Positions 7,413 through 16,968 of a stretch of DNA of 64,000 nt are shown here, in pieces. Within the stretch, counting starts at the first letter, position 1; every line of letters starts with the position of its first letter. The notes under the pieces are model-generated. The model was not told where the DNA came from. It saw only the letters and a program-made list of their open reading frames with translations, and made no database searches. Both the position numbers and the translations under genes were made by a program. Location of the stretch: NCBI GenBank assembly GCA_902763185.1, contig CACWQT010000005.1:4248-68247 (forward strand), given 5' to 3'. The stretch is from an uncultured Rhodospirillales bacterium (GTDB lineage: Bacteria > Pseudomonadota > Alphaproteobacteria > RF32 > CAG-239).

Positions 7413-10040
7413 TTAAATCGCTTTTTTAACTTCTTCAAAAGCAGCTTCAAGCTTGCTGGCATCCGGTCCGCCGGCTTGTGCCATATCAGGACGACCGCCA
7501 CCGCCTTGTCCGCCAACCGCCGCGGAGGCAATCTTGACCAAATCAACCGCTGAGTATTTACTCGTCAAATCCTTTGTCACCCCGACAACAATAGAGGCTT
7601 TGCCGTCTTTATTCGTTGCTAAAACCATTACGCCCGAGCCGATATTTTGGCTCATTTCATCAATAAAGCCTTTGAGCTCTTTCGGGTGCACATCAGGGAT
7701 AACCTTGCCGATAAATTTCACACCATTAATTACTTCCGCTTCGCTACCTTGCGCTGTGCCGCCTGATGCTAATTTCTTTTTAAGTGCAAGAATTTCGGCT
7801 TCCATTTTCTTTCTTTCGGCAAGCATATTGTTAAGTCTTGCTTCCAAATCATTAACATTGGTTTTTAAGATATCGCACGCAGTGTGGAGCTTGCACTCAA
7901 TATCATCAACATATTCCTCAGCACACTGTCCGGTTACGCACTCAATACGACGCACGCCTGCTGCAACCGCTGATTCGGATAAGATATTGAAATAGCCGAT
8001 GTCGCCAGTTTCGGTAACGTGCGTTCCGCCACAAAGCTCACGCGAGAAAATCTCACCGTCTTTTTCCATGGTAACCACGCGCACTTCTTCACCGTATTTT
8101 TCGCCAAACAAAGCCATTGCACCGGTTTTCATCGCTTCATCTTGATTCATCAACACCGTGTTGACTTTGTAATTCTCGCGTATTGCGGCATTAACCATAT
8201 CTTCCGCCAGTTTCAGTTGTTCGGCAGTAATCTGTTGCGGATGTGAAATATCAAAACGCATTCTGTCAGGCGCAACCATTGAGCCTTTTTGCATCACATG
8301 TTCACCCAAAATCGTGCGCAGAACCTTGTGTGCAATATGGGTAACTGAGTGATTAGCGCAAATCTTCTTGCGGTTAGAGAGATTGACTTCAAAGTTAGCA
8401 AAGTCTTCAACTTTTGCTTCGCCCTCAATCATCTTGCAACAATGCACAAATACGGTATCAAGCTTGCGCTTGGTGTCATAAACTTCTGCCTTAAAGGATT
8501 TGCTTGTAATCATACCGATATCGCCGACCTGACCGCCACACTCACCATAAAACGGTGTCTGATTGGCAACCAGATAGAACTCACCATCTTTGACGCTCTC
8601 AACTATTTTACCGTCTTTAACTAAAGTTTTGATAATACCGTCACTCTTGGTGGTGGTATAGCCTAAGAATTCGGTGCTACCGATATTTTCTTTAACTTCA
8701 AACCAAACCTTTTCTGTTCCTTCATCGCCTGAGCCGGCCCAGTTTTTGCGAGCTTCTTCTTTTTGCTTTGCCATTGCTGCATCAAAACCTTTGGTGTCAA
8801 CCTCAATTCCTTTGAGTTTCAAAGCATCTTGGGTCAAGTCAAGCGGAAAACCGTAAGTATCATAGAGCTTAAACGCTGTTTCACCGGAGAGCGTATCGCC
8901 TTTGCTAAGTGAACGTGTTTCATCATCTAAAAGGCGCATACCTTTATCAAGAGTTTTGCCAAAGCGTGTTTCTTCAGCCTTAATCGTCTCCGTAATCAGC
9001 TTTTCAAAACGATAAAGCTCCGGATACGCATCTCCCATTTCTTGTTGCAAAACCGGCAACAGTTTATACATCATCGGTTCCTTAACGCCCAAGAGATACG
9101 CATGACGCATTGCTCGGCGCATAATCCGGCGGAGAACATAACCGCGTCCTTCATTAGACGGCAACACACCGTCAGCAATTAAAAAGCTCATGGCACGCAA
9201 GTGGTCAGCAATCACATTATGCGAGGCTTTAAGTTCGCCGTTCGGGTCTGTATCGGCCAAATCGGCAATTGCCCCGATAATATGCTTAAACGTATCAATA
9301 TCAAAGTTAGAGTGAACACCTTGCAAAATTGCAGCGATTCGCTCTAAGCCCATACCTGTATCAATAGAGGGCTTTTTAAGGTTAATCCGGCTTCCGTCCG
9401 GCAAATCTTCAAATTGGTCAAACACCAAGTTCCAAATCTCAATAAACCTGTCGCCGTCTTCTTCCGGTGTTCCCGGCAGCCCACCCCAAACTTCCGGACC
9501 ATGGTCATAAAAAATCTCTGAGCACGGACCGCACGGACCGGTATCACCCATCTGCCAAAAATTATCTTTGGTGGCAATACGAATAATACGGTCATCTTGA
9601 AGACCTGAAACTTTTTTCCAAATGTTATACGCTTCTTCATCAGTATGAAAAATCGTTACTGCCAATTTCTCTTTGGGCAACTGAAACTCTTTTGTCAGCA
9701 ATTCCCAAGCATAATAAATCGCCTCTTCCTTAAAATAATCGCCAAAGGAGAAGTTACCGAGCATTTCAAAAAATGTATGGTGACGCACGTCATAACCGAC
9801 ACTGTCCAAATCATTATGCTTGCCGCCGGCGCGCACGCTTTTTTGGGAAGTGGCAGCTCGCGTATAATCTCTTGTTTCATTACCGGCTAAAATATTCTTA
9901 AATTGCACCATACCGGAGTTTGTAAACATCAACGTCGGGTCATTGTCCGGAACGAGTGATGATGCCGGCACGATCTTATGTCCGTTCTTTTCAAAATAGT
10001 CTAAAAAAGTTTTTCTTATTTGATTAACGCTTATTGTCAT
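7413..10040 (-). CDS. alaS: Alanine--tRNA ligase
   Basis: 875 aa. '[10 protein letters not shown]', 'KHNDLDSVG...[19 protein letters not shown]', '[14 protein letters not shown]' and the C-terminal DHHA1-like '[13 protein letters not shown]' are diagnostic. Confidence 0.97.
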   Translation of the reverse strand: MTISVNQIRKTFLDYFEKNGHKIVPASSLVPDNDPTLMFTNSGMVQFKNILAGNETRDYTRAATSQKSVRAGGKHNDLDSVGYDVRHHTFFEMLGNFSFGDYFKEEAIYYAWELLTKEFQLPKEKLAVTIFHTDEEAYNIWKKVSGLQDDRIIRIATKDNFWQMGDTGPCGPCSEIFYDHGPEVWGGLPGTPEEDGDRFIEIWNLVFDQFEDLPDGSRINLKKPSIDTGMGLERIAAILQGVHSNFDIDTFKHIIGAIADLADTDPNGELKASHNVIADHLRAMSFLIADGVLPSNEGRGYVLRRIMRRAMRHAYLLGVKEPMMYKLLPVLQQEMGDAYPELYRFEKLITETIKAEETRFGKTLDKGMRLLDDETRSLSKGDTLSGETAFKLYDTYGFPLDLTQDALKLKGIEVDTKGFDAAMAKQKEEARKNWAGSGDEGTEKVWFEVKENIGSTEFLGYTTTKSDGIIKTLVKDGKIVESVKDGEFYLVANQTPFYGECGGQVGDIGMITSKSFKAEVYDTKRKLDTVFVHCCKMIEGEAKVEDFANFEVNLSNRKKICANHSVTHIAHKVLRTILGEHVMQKGSMVAPDRMRFDISHPQQITAEQLKLAEDMVNAAIRENYKVNTVLMNQDEAMKTGAMALFGEKYGEEVRVVTMEKDGEIFSRELCGGTHVTETGDIGYFNILSESAVAAGVRRIECVTGQCAEEYVDDIECKLHTACDILKTNVNDLEARLNNMLAERKKMEAEILALKKKLASGGTAQGSEAEVINGVKFIGKVIPDVHPKELKGFIDEMSQNIGSGVMVLATNKDGKASIVVGVTKDLTSKYSAVDLVKIASAAVGGQGGGGRPDMAQAGGPDASKLEAAFEEVKKAI

Positions 10041-10169
10041 TGTTACTTCCCAAAATTAAATTAAACTTTAACCGCATTACGCTACAGCAATTTTTTTTAA
10101 CTGTCCAGTTTAAATTTTAAGAATAGGGCGCTTTGTAAATTAAAAACGGAAATCGAGTACCAGTGAACA

Positions 10170-10199
10170 AAAAAAGAGGTCGTTATGACCTCTTTTTTA
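10170..10199 (-). terminator. Intrinsic terminator (functional in both orientations)
   Basis: aaagaggtc / gacctcttt stem with a 5-nt loop, A-run on the 5' side and T-run on the 3' side. Confidence 0.7.
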
Positions 10200-10577
10200 A
10201 GTCCGTGGTTTCCGTTTAAGTTCATAGGTCTGAGAAATTTTCAGCACCTCTCTAAACGACATGACCGATCCGGTTATAACAGAGGAATCTAACTGATTGC
10301 TAGGTTTATCCGCCGCATAACATAAAATTTCTTCCACATTAGCCTCACCATCGGTTTGCCTGACCGTAATTTTTACCGTATCACCGACATTATAGCCTGT
10401 TTTGTTAACAAGAGACTCCTTGTCTGTGAAAAATCGGACGGGATTTCTCTGAATGACCTGAATTTTTCCCTCAATGGTAATCATAAAAGTCGACACAATG
10501 AGCTCTAATGTGTCATTTTGAGAAGTGTCCTTATTTATTTTGACACTCTCAATAGCTCCTCTAAAAATTGCTTTCAT
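10197..10577 (-). CDS. Hypothetical protein (126 aa)
   Basis: Clean ORF followed by a strong terminator. I recognise no motif. Confidence 0.55.
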   Translation of the reverse strand: MKAIFRGAIESVKINKDTSQNDTLELIVSTFMITIEGKIQVIQRNPVRFFTDKESLVNKTGYNVGDTVKITVRQTDGEANVEEILCYAADKPSNQLDSSVITGSVMSFREVLKISQTYELKRKPRT

Positions 10578-10764
10578 ATCTATATCTATTTAATTGTTTA
10601 ATGAAACTATGGTAAAAAAGAATATTTATGAAGTCAAATAAAAATTACTGAATTTGAAATTTTAGGTCGCAGAACTTTCTCCAAAATATGCCCTATAAAA
10701 TCAATAGTGTATTAGTACTTTGCTCTTGTATTTATAATAAATCCGCGATACAGTAATTTTCAAA

Positions 10765-11106
10765 ATGCAAGACGATGAAAGGTTTACGATGGGCTGGTTT
10801 TATTTATTTTTAAGTATTATCTGCGAGGCAATAGGTATTTGTTTCTTAAAACTCACCAACGGATTTACCGTATTGCTGCCGTCCGTAGGCACCATTGTGG
10901 CACATTTATTCTGCTTCTATTTCGGCTCACTTGCCCTAAAAACCATAGACATCAGTGTGAGTTATGCCGTCGGTAGTGCCTGTGGTATTGTCTTAATGAC
11001 GTTGATTGGGTATTTTTATTTTCACGAGAACTTTTCCGCCCTTAAAATCGTTTTTATCACCCTGATTTTAATCGGAACCGTCGGGTTAAGGCTGATAGAA
11101 AGATAG
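10765..11106 (+). CDS. SMR-family small multidrug resistance transporter (the start is more likely ATG 10789, giving 105 aa)
   Basis: Four TM segments. 'GWFYLFLSIICEAIGICFLKLTNGF' carries the conserved membrane Glu. The size is typical of EmrE/SugE. Confidence 0.75.
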   Translation: MQDDERFTMGWFYLFLSIICEAIGICFLKLTNGFTVLLPSVGTIVAHLFCFYFGSLALKTIDISVSYAVGSACGIVLMTLIGYFYFHENFSALKIVFITLILIGTVGLRLIER

Positions 11107-11126
11107 GTGAAAAGAGGGTATAAAAT

Positions 11127-11903
11127 ATGTTCGGAGAGAAAAATAATAACAAATTACTGGTTCATTTACATTTATATTATCATAATCAACTGGATTACTT
11201 TATATCCAAATTAAAGAATATAACTTGCGAATATGATTTATATGTAACGTATGTAACAGAGAATAAAGACAGCAATAATAAATTATATCGCCTAAAAAAA
11301 GATGTGCATTTGCTTTTATTAGAAAACAAGGGATATGATTTATATCCCTTTATTGAGATAATAAATCAAGTAAATTTAGATAATTACACATACATTCTTA
11401 AACTACACACCAAGAATTACAGAAAAGCATACTGGACATATAATGGAATAAGTTATATTCACTATCAGTGGCGAGATGCTCTGGTAAATGCGTTAATCGG
11501 CAGCAAAAGAATTTTTCAAAACAATTTGAAAAAACTATCAGAAGAACACATTGGTATGATAGGCAATAAAGATTTGATATATCACAGAGGGCATATCAAA
11601 AATGAAGGTCATCGTTTACAAATATGTCAAAAATTAGGATACAATCCGGATTATGATGAGTTTATTGCTGGCACAATGTTCTTATGTAAAAGTTATTTAA
11701 TGAAAGATATTCAGTCATTACATTTAGAAGCAAAAGATTTTGATTTCAGCACTTCGACCGGTGCAGTTGGAACACTGGCACATGCGATAGAAAGCATTCT
11801 CGGACATACGGTGCAAAACCATGGCCAAAAAATTTATGGACGTCGTATTTTTAGTCTTTGTAAAGTTATTTCATATTTTCGTAGAACTAAGGAAAAAAAG
11901 TAA
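11127..11903 (+). CDS. Rhamnan-synthesis protein F (RgpF)-like polysaccharide biosynthesis protein
   Basis: 'LVHLHLYYHNQLDYFISKL...DLYVT...ENKGYDLYPFIEII...ILKLHTK...WRDALVNALIGS' matches the RgpF family pattern as I recall it. AT-rich. Confidence 0.6.
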   Translation: MFGEKNNNKLLVHLHLYYHNQLDYFISKLKNITCEYDLYVTYVTENKDSNNKLYRLKKDVHLLLLENKGYDLYPFIEIINQVNLDNYTYILKLHTKNYRKAYWTYNGISYIHYQWRDALVNALIGSKRIFQNNLKKLSEEHIGMIGNKDLIYHRGHIKNEGHRLQICQKLGYNPDYDEFIAGTMFLCKSYLMKDIQSLHLEAKDFDFSTSTGAVGTLAHAIESILGHTVQNHGQKIYGRRIFSLCKVISYFRRTKEKK

Positions 11904-12001
11904 AACTGACGAAGAATATGATTTTCTCCTTTCTGAAATAAAAAAATCGCTTACTAACAAAAAAGCCGGAATAATCCGGCTGTTTCTTTCCTTTAAGACT
12001 T

Positions 12002-13564
12002 TTATTCACCACTCGGGTTTAAGAATTTCTGCTCTTCTTCAATATTAATACGAGGGAAGAGCGCTGTTCCCATATTGACCGTGACATCTTGATGCAATGT
12101 TCCGAAATTATAGGTGGAATCCCAAGTCTTTTCATCATCATTAGCTCCAATTCTATGAAGAACCTCCGGCATTGTATTGGGCATAAACGGTTCAAGTAAA
12201 ATTGCACTGATACGAATTGTTTCCAATAAGTTGTATAAAACGGTAGCAAGTCTGTCCTTAGCATTTTCATCTTTTGCTAAAGACCACGGCATTGTTTCAT
12301 CAATGTATTTATTGGCTCTTGAGATGAGATTGAAAATCACTTCCAGCGCATCGCTTAAGTGCATCGAATTGATTTTTTCTTCCACTTGTGCCGGAATATC
12401 TTTAACAAAGTTTATCAAATCCGTATCAATCGCATCAGCTTTTCTTGTCTGAGGTAACGTGCCGCTAAAGTATTTATTGACCATAGAAACGGTGCGAGAA
12501 ACTAAATTCCCTAAGTTATTTGCTAAGTCTGTATTAATTCTTTGTAAGAACAATTCACTGACAAACACGCTGTCACCGGCATAGGGCATTTCTCTCAAGA
12601 TTTCATATCTTAAGGCATCAACCCCATAGCGCTCACCTAATACAAACGGGTCGACCACATTGCCAAGTGACTTACTCATTTTCTTATCACCCATGGTAAT
12701 CCAGCCGTGCGCATATAATTTCTTCGGTAGCGGTATGTCTAAAGCCATCAACATGGCAGGCCAAACCAAAGAGTGAAAACGAACAATTTCCTTAGCCATG
12801 ACGTGAACATCAGCCGGCCAAAATTTTTCATAATCCTGATAGGTATCATTGTGGTAGCCTAACGCCGAGATATAGTTAGAAAGCGCATCAATCCAAACAT
12901 ATACCACATGCTTTTCATCAAAATTGACAGGAACGCCCCACTTAAAGCTTGTTCTTGAAACGCACGTATCTGCTAATCCCGGTTTGATGAAGTTATTAAC
13001 CATCTCTTTAACACGGCTTTCCGGCTCTAAGAAGTTGCCACTCTCAAGCAATTTTTGCAATTTATCGGCAAATGCGGAAAGCTTAAAGAAATAGGCTTCT
13101 TCAGCTGTTTCCACCACATCACGCCCACAATCCGGACATTTACCGTTCACAAGCTGAGAGTCAGTCCAAAAACTTTCACACGGTTTACAATATTTTCCGG
13201 TATATTGGCTTTTGTAGATATAACCGCGCTTATACAATTCTTCAAACACATATTGCACTGTTTGAATATGATAATCATCGGTTGTCCGGACAAAACGGTC
13301 ATAAGAGATATTCATAAACGTCCATAACTTTTTGAACTCATTAACAATCTTATCAGCATAAGCCTGAGGTGCTAATCCGGCTTCTGTGGCTTTGTCTTCA
13401 ATTTTTTGCCCGTGTTCATCGGTCCCCGTTAAAAACAGCACATCAAAACCTTTTGCTCTTTTATAACGAGCAACGGCATCGCAAGCAACAGTTGTATAGC
13501 AGTGTCCGATATGCGGAGAACCGGAAGGATAATAAATAGGTGTTGTTATATAAAATTTACTCAT
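12002..13564 (-). CDS. metG: Methionine--tRNA ligase (short form)
   Basis: 'FYITTPIYYPSGSPHIGH' (HIGH motif), 'KMSKSLGN' (KMSKS motif) and the zinc knuckle 'CKPCESFW...GKCPDCG'. Confidence 0.96.
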   Translation of the reverse strand: MSKFYITTPIYYPSGSPHIGHCYTTVACDAVARYKRAKGFDVLFLTGTDEHGQKIEDKATEAGLAPQAYADKIVNEFKKLWTFMNISYDRFVRTTDDYHIQTVQYVFEELYKRGYIYKSQYTGKYCKPCESFWTDSQLVNGKCPDCGRDVVETAEEAYFFKLSAFADKLQKLLESGNFLEPESRVKEMVNNFIKPGLADTCVSRTSFKWGVPVNFDEKHVVYVWIDALSNYISALGYHNDTYQDYEKFWPADVHVMAKEIVRFHSLVWPAMLMALDIPLPKKLYAHGWITMGDKKMSKSLGNVVDPFVLGERYGVDALRYEILREMPYAGDSVFVSELFLQRINTDLANNLGNLVSRTVSMVNKYFSGTLPQTRKADAIDTDLINFVKDIPAQVEEKINSMHLSDALEVIFNLISRANKYIDETMPWSLAKDENAKDRLATVLYNLLETIRISAILLEPFMPNTMPEVLHRIGANDDEKTWDSTYNFGTLHQDVTVNMGTALFPRINIEEEQKFLNPSGE

Positions 13565-13704
13565 ACTCTTTATGCCTTAATAAAATTGATTCAACATTTC
13601 TCCATTAATAGGCAGGAAAAAATAATTTTGCAATAAAATATTTTTTCTGTATTTAAGGCATAGAGATTAGTTTATTTGTAATATTTGTATTTTTGTTCCA
13701 ATAC

Positions 13705-14178
13705 TCAATTCAAAAATACGATTGAAATATTAAGATACGTTGCAAAAAATAGCCATATGATATAAGGCACAAACAGCCACGTTGCTGCTTTTGAAATTTC
13801 CCACAAAGTATGCATCAGCATTATGGCAATCAAATCCAGAAGCACAATCACAATTGCCGAAACAGCAATCATTTGCAGATAAAAGAAACTGAATGTCCAT
13901 AAAATCTGCACAAAGAGCGATGTAACAAAAAGCGTATTTAGGTCATAAAATTGCTCTAAAGTCTGAAATTTCATCAATGCGATGTAAAAGCACAAAAAGA
14001 GCAAAGCATAAAGCACATTCCAAATATAGGCAAAATAATGCTTGTCAGGCGTTGACTCCGGCACATCCAAAAGGTCATAAAACGGCACTAACCCGATATG
14101 AACAAAATATTTGCTAATCCATGCAGTTAACGCCACAAGACTAAAAGCATAAAGTCCGATGCGAAATTTTATGAGCAT
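13705..14178 (-). CDS. tspO: TspO/MBR family tryptophan-rich sensory protein
   Basis: Five TM segments. 'FAYIWNVLYALLF', 'QILWTFSFFYLQ' and 'LFVPYIIWLFFATYLNISIVFLN' fit the TspO pattern. The start at 14178 (MLIKF) is preceded by AGGAGG; the upstream extension in the track ORF is unlikely to be translated. Confidence 0.7.
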   Translation of the reverse strand: MLIKFRIGLYAFSLVALTAWISKYFVHIGLVPFYDLLDVPESTPDKHYFAYIWNVLYALLFLCFYIALMKFQTLEQFYDLNTLFVTSLFVQILWTFSFFYLQMIAVSAIVIVLLDLIAIMLMHTLWEISKAATWLFVPYIIWLFFATYLNISIVFLN

Positions 14179-14335
14179 ATTTTCCTCCTTTAACCATAAT
14201 AGGACAATATATGCCTTGATTGATAAAAGAACAGATGAAGGATAAAAATTTTTATAAAACAAAGTTGCATTTTAAATTTTAACGATATATAAGATATAAA
14301 CAAAACTAGAACAAAACCTTAAAAGGAGTAAAAAA

Positions 14336-15136
14336 TTGGCAACAACGGATAGCAACGGTATCAAAATTTATGAACCGGCAGATTTTGAAGGAATGCGCAA
14401 GGCGGGCAAGCTTGCCGCAGAATGCTTGGATTATATCACGGATTATGTTGATGTCGGTGTCACAACCGAACGCTTAGATGATTTGTGTCGTGAGTTTATT
14501 ACTTCGCATAATGCGATTCCTGCCTGTCTTGGCTATCACGGCTATCCCAAAACAATCTGCACCTCTATCAATCACGTCATTTGTCATGGAATTCCCGATG
14601 ACCGCAAACTTGAAGACGGAGATATTGTCAATATTGATGTTACGGTGATTTTAGATGGCTGGTTCGGGGATACATCGCGTATGTATTATGTAGGCAAACC
14701 GAAGCTCAAAGCCACCCGCTTATGCGATGTGACTTACGAGTGCTTAATGCGCGGTATTGATGTAGTCAAACCCGGCGCGCGTTTCGGTGATATCGGTGCG
14801 GTGATAGAAGAATATGCTCATTCTTATGGCTATTCAGTGGTAGAAATGTTTTGTGGTCATGGCTTAGGCAGAGTTTTTCACGATGAACCGAATGTCCTTC
14901 ATTTTGGGCATAAAGGCACAGGCCCGCTTATCAAAGAAGGAATGTTTTTTACCATCGAACCGATGATAAATATCGGTAAAAAATACGGCTCCATATTGCC
15001 AAACGGTTGGACAGCCGTAACCAAAGACCGGAGTTTGTCAGCCCAATTTGAACACTCTTTAGGGGTGACCAAAGATGGTTGCGAAGTATTTACTTATTCC
15101 CCCAAAGGTCTGGATAAACCGCCCTATAAAAAATAA
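14336..15136 (+). CDS. map: Methionine aminopeptidase, type I (TTG start)
   Basis: 'NHVICHGIPD', 'DIVNIDVTV..DGW.GDTSRMY', 'GHGLGRVFHDEP', 'FTIEPMI' and 'AQFEHS' are the metal-ligand motifs. Confidence 0.95.
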   Translation: MATTDSNGIKIYEPADFEGMRKAGKLAAECLDYITDYVDVGVTTERLDDLCREFITSHNAIPACLGYHGYPKTICTSINHVICHGIPDDRKLEDGDIVNIDVTVILDGWFGDTSRMYYVGKPKLKATRLCDVTYECLMRGIDVVKPGARFGDIGAVIEEYAHSYGYSVVEMFCGHGLGRVFHDEPNVLHFGHKGTGPLIKEGMFFTIEPMINIGKKYGSILPNGWTAVTKDRSLSAQFEHSLGVTKDGCEVFTYSPKGLDKPPYKK

Positions 15137-15150
15137 GCAAGGAACATCAG

Positions 15151-15879
15151 ATGACAAAGGAAACTAAAGAACCAGAAACACAACAGCTCGAGCCTGATTA
15201 TATAGGCCATCGCCAGCGTCTGAAAGCGCGATTCGTATCGGATCTCGGACGTTCTATGCCGGATTATGAACTTTTAGAGTTGTTGCTGACTTATGCTCTT
15301 CCGCGTCGTGATGTCAAACCCTTGGCCAAGGAGCTGATTCGTCACTATTTGAATTTAGCCAACGTTTTGGTTGCTCCTCCTGATGAGCTGATGAACTTAA
15401 AAGGGGTAGGGAGCAGTGCAGCTGTTTTGTTAGCTGCCGTCCACGCTTGCGCTAAAAAAATCACATGGGAAAATCTTGAAAATCGTGATGTTCCGATTTT
15501 TACGGATAAAAAAATGATAGCAGAGTTTTGCCGTTCAAGTATCGGACATGCCGGTCAGGAACAACTGTTGGTCATTTATATGGATATTAAAGGAAATTAC
15601 TTGCGCGATGAAATTGAGCAGGTCGGAACAATCGGCGCCGTCATGATAAATCCGCGCGATATTGTGCAAAAAGCATTGATGTATAAGGCAAGCCGTATTA
15701 TCATTTCACACAATCACCCCACCGGTGATTGCACGCCGTCAAAAGCCGATATAGAAATGACCAAAGAGTTGCAATCCGCATTAAAAACGGTTAAAATGCG
15801 CTTGGAAGATCATATCATCATAAGCCCGAGAGAAAGCTTTAGTATGCGTGACCATTTTCCGTTTATGAATATATTTTAA
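15151..15879 (+). CDS. radC: RadC-family JAB-domain protein
   Basis: 'GHRQRLKARF', the HhH segment 'LKGVGSSAA', and the JAMM motif 'IIISHNHPTGDCTPSKADIEMT'. Confidence 0.9.
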   Translation: MTKETKEPETQQLEPDYIGHRQRLKARFVSDLGRSMPDYELLELLLTYALPRRDVKPLAKELIRHYLNLANVLVAPPDELMNLKGVGSSAAVLLAAVHACAKKITWENLENRDVPIFTDKKMIAEFCRSSIGHAGQEQLLVIYMDIKGNYLRDEIEQVGTIGAVMINPRDIVQKALMYKASRIIISHNHPTGDCTPSKADIEMTKELQSALKTVKMRLEDHIIISPRESFSMRDHFPFMNIF

Positions 15880-15986
15880 TTATCCACAAAAGTTTGCTCT
15901 TAAAATACGCAATAAAAAATTTTTAAGCCCAATCAAGCGTTTAAAAATAAGCATAAAAAATACGCTACAATAAGTTATTTTTTTTC

Positions 15987-16049
15987 TTGTATGACAATGA
16001 AATTTATGATTCGTTGATTAACGAAAAAGTAACAATTATTGTCATACAA
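15987..16049. repeat. Perfect 12-bp inverted repeat with a 39-bp spacer in an AT-rich intergenic region
   Basis: ttgtatgacaat (15987-15998) and attgtcatacaa (16038-16049). Confidence 0.8.
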
Positions 16050-16204
16050 TTATCACGTATTAAATGGAGTTTTAGCTGTTCCTCAGGCTAAAATATTGTT
16101 GTTATGCCGGAGATTGTCAGGGCATAATGAGGTGAAGAAAATACTATTATACTCATTATAACGAGCATATAAAAATTCGCAGGGAGATTTGATATATACT
16201 CCAA

Positions 16205-16247
16205 AACAGGCAGAGAAACTTTCAAACCAGTTCCTGCCTGTTTTTTT
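16205..16247 (+). terminator. Orphan intrinsic terminator; it may close an unannotated sRNA of roughly 150-180 nt
   Basis: aacaggcag(16205-16213)/ctgcctgtt(16234-16242) followed by a T7 run. It lies about 330 nt after radC with no credible ORF in between. Upstream hairpins: ttttagc/gctaaaa, ttatgcc/ggcataa, aatgag/ctcatt. Confidence 0.5.
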
Positions 16248-16285
16248 ATGTCTTATTGGATTCTCATTAAACCGATTAAATTTTC

Positions 16286-16314
16286 TTGACAAAGCAATAA
16301 TGTTCTGTCAATAT
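16286..16314 (+). promoter_or_regulatory. sigma70-like promoter (TTGACA-N17-CAATAT)
   Basis: TTGACA at 16286-16291 and CAATAT at 16309-16314, about 50 nt upstream of the PRT-like gene. Confidence 0.35.
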
Positions 16315-16365
16315 CTCGCCTGCGTTAATTCTTACAATTAGTAACAATTTTTAATTAATTATTCT

Positions 16366-16860
16366 ATGGATTTACAAACTTTAGTATCAGACTATGCAAG
16401 CAAGGCTGAGCATGGCGCAGTGATTAACATGGCAGCATTGGCCGGTAATGAAGAGTTCCGTCAGGAAGTGATTGAAGGCGTTTTGAAGTATTTGGAAAAG
16501 CATCAGGGAGCTTGTGTCCTTCTGCCGTCTTATGGCATCGTGGACAATCGCAACCCGCATCTTTGCGCCCTGACCAACGAACTGGCGGCAAAGATTGCCA
16601 TCAAGACTCTGGTTACCGGTGAAGTTGAGGGTATTACCGGTCTCCGCAAGCTCCCTGAAGATGTTATCATCATCAAGCAAGCGTTCCGTACCGGAGAGCA
16701 TCTGGCGAAGGATGTTGAGCTTCTGAAGAACCACGGATGTAATGTTGGTGTGCTGTGCCTGATCGCTCATTCCGGCGCGCGCCTGCAGAACTTCGGACAT
16801 CAGTATGATGTGGAAATCTCAGCATTGGTGAAGGTGGACGAGATCCGCTATCTGCAGTAA
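16366..16860 (+). CDS. Phosphoribosyltransferase-fold protein with a non-canonical PRPP loop
   Basis: The C-terminal half 'EDVIIIKQAFRTGEHLAKDVELLKNHGCNVGVLCLIAH' has type-I PRT architecture (hydrophobic strand, loop, TG). The usual acidic pair is replaced by KQ. GC content is visibly higher (about 45-55% in hand-counted lines) than in the flanks. Confidence 0.5.
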   Translation: MDLQTLVSDYASKAEHGAVINMAALAGNEEFRQEVIEGVLKYLEKHQGACVLLPSYGIVDNRNPHLCALTNELAAKIAIKTLVTGEVEGITGLRKLPEDVIIIKQAFRTGEHLAKDVELLKNHGCNVGVLCLIAHSGARLQNFGHQYDVEISALVKVDEIRYLQ

Positions 16861-16968
16861 TGTATAGTCCCTAACAGTAAAAAGACTGGCTCACACGTAA
16901 AGTGAACCGGTCTTTTTTTATGCATAAAAAAGCGGAGCCGAAGCTCCGCCTCTGAAAAGATAAGAATA

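Noticed and set aside
7453-7995. 180-aa plus-strand ORF (with several other ORFs of 60-98 aa) lying inside alaS
   Set aside because: It is antisense or out of frame within an unmistakable alaS coding region. The composition is Ser/Pro/Ala-rich and of low information, and there is no RBS. These are typical shadow ORFs.
16387-16800. 137-aa minus-strand ORF inside the PRT-like gene
   Set aside because: The local GC-richness suppresses stop codons on the antisense strand. The plus-strand frame has a recognisable PRT fold pattern, a promoter and a terminator.
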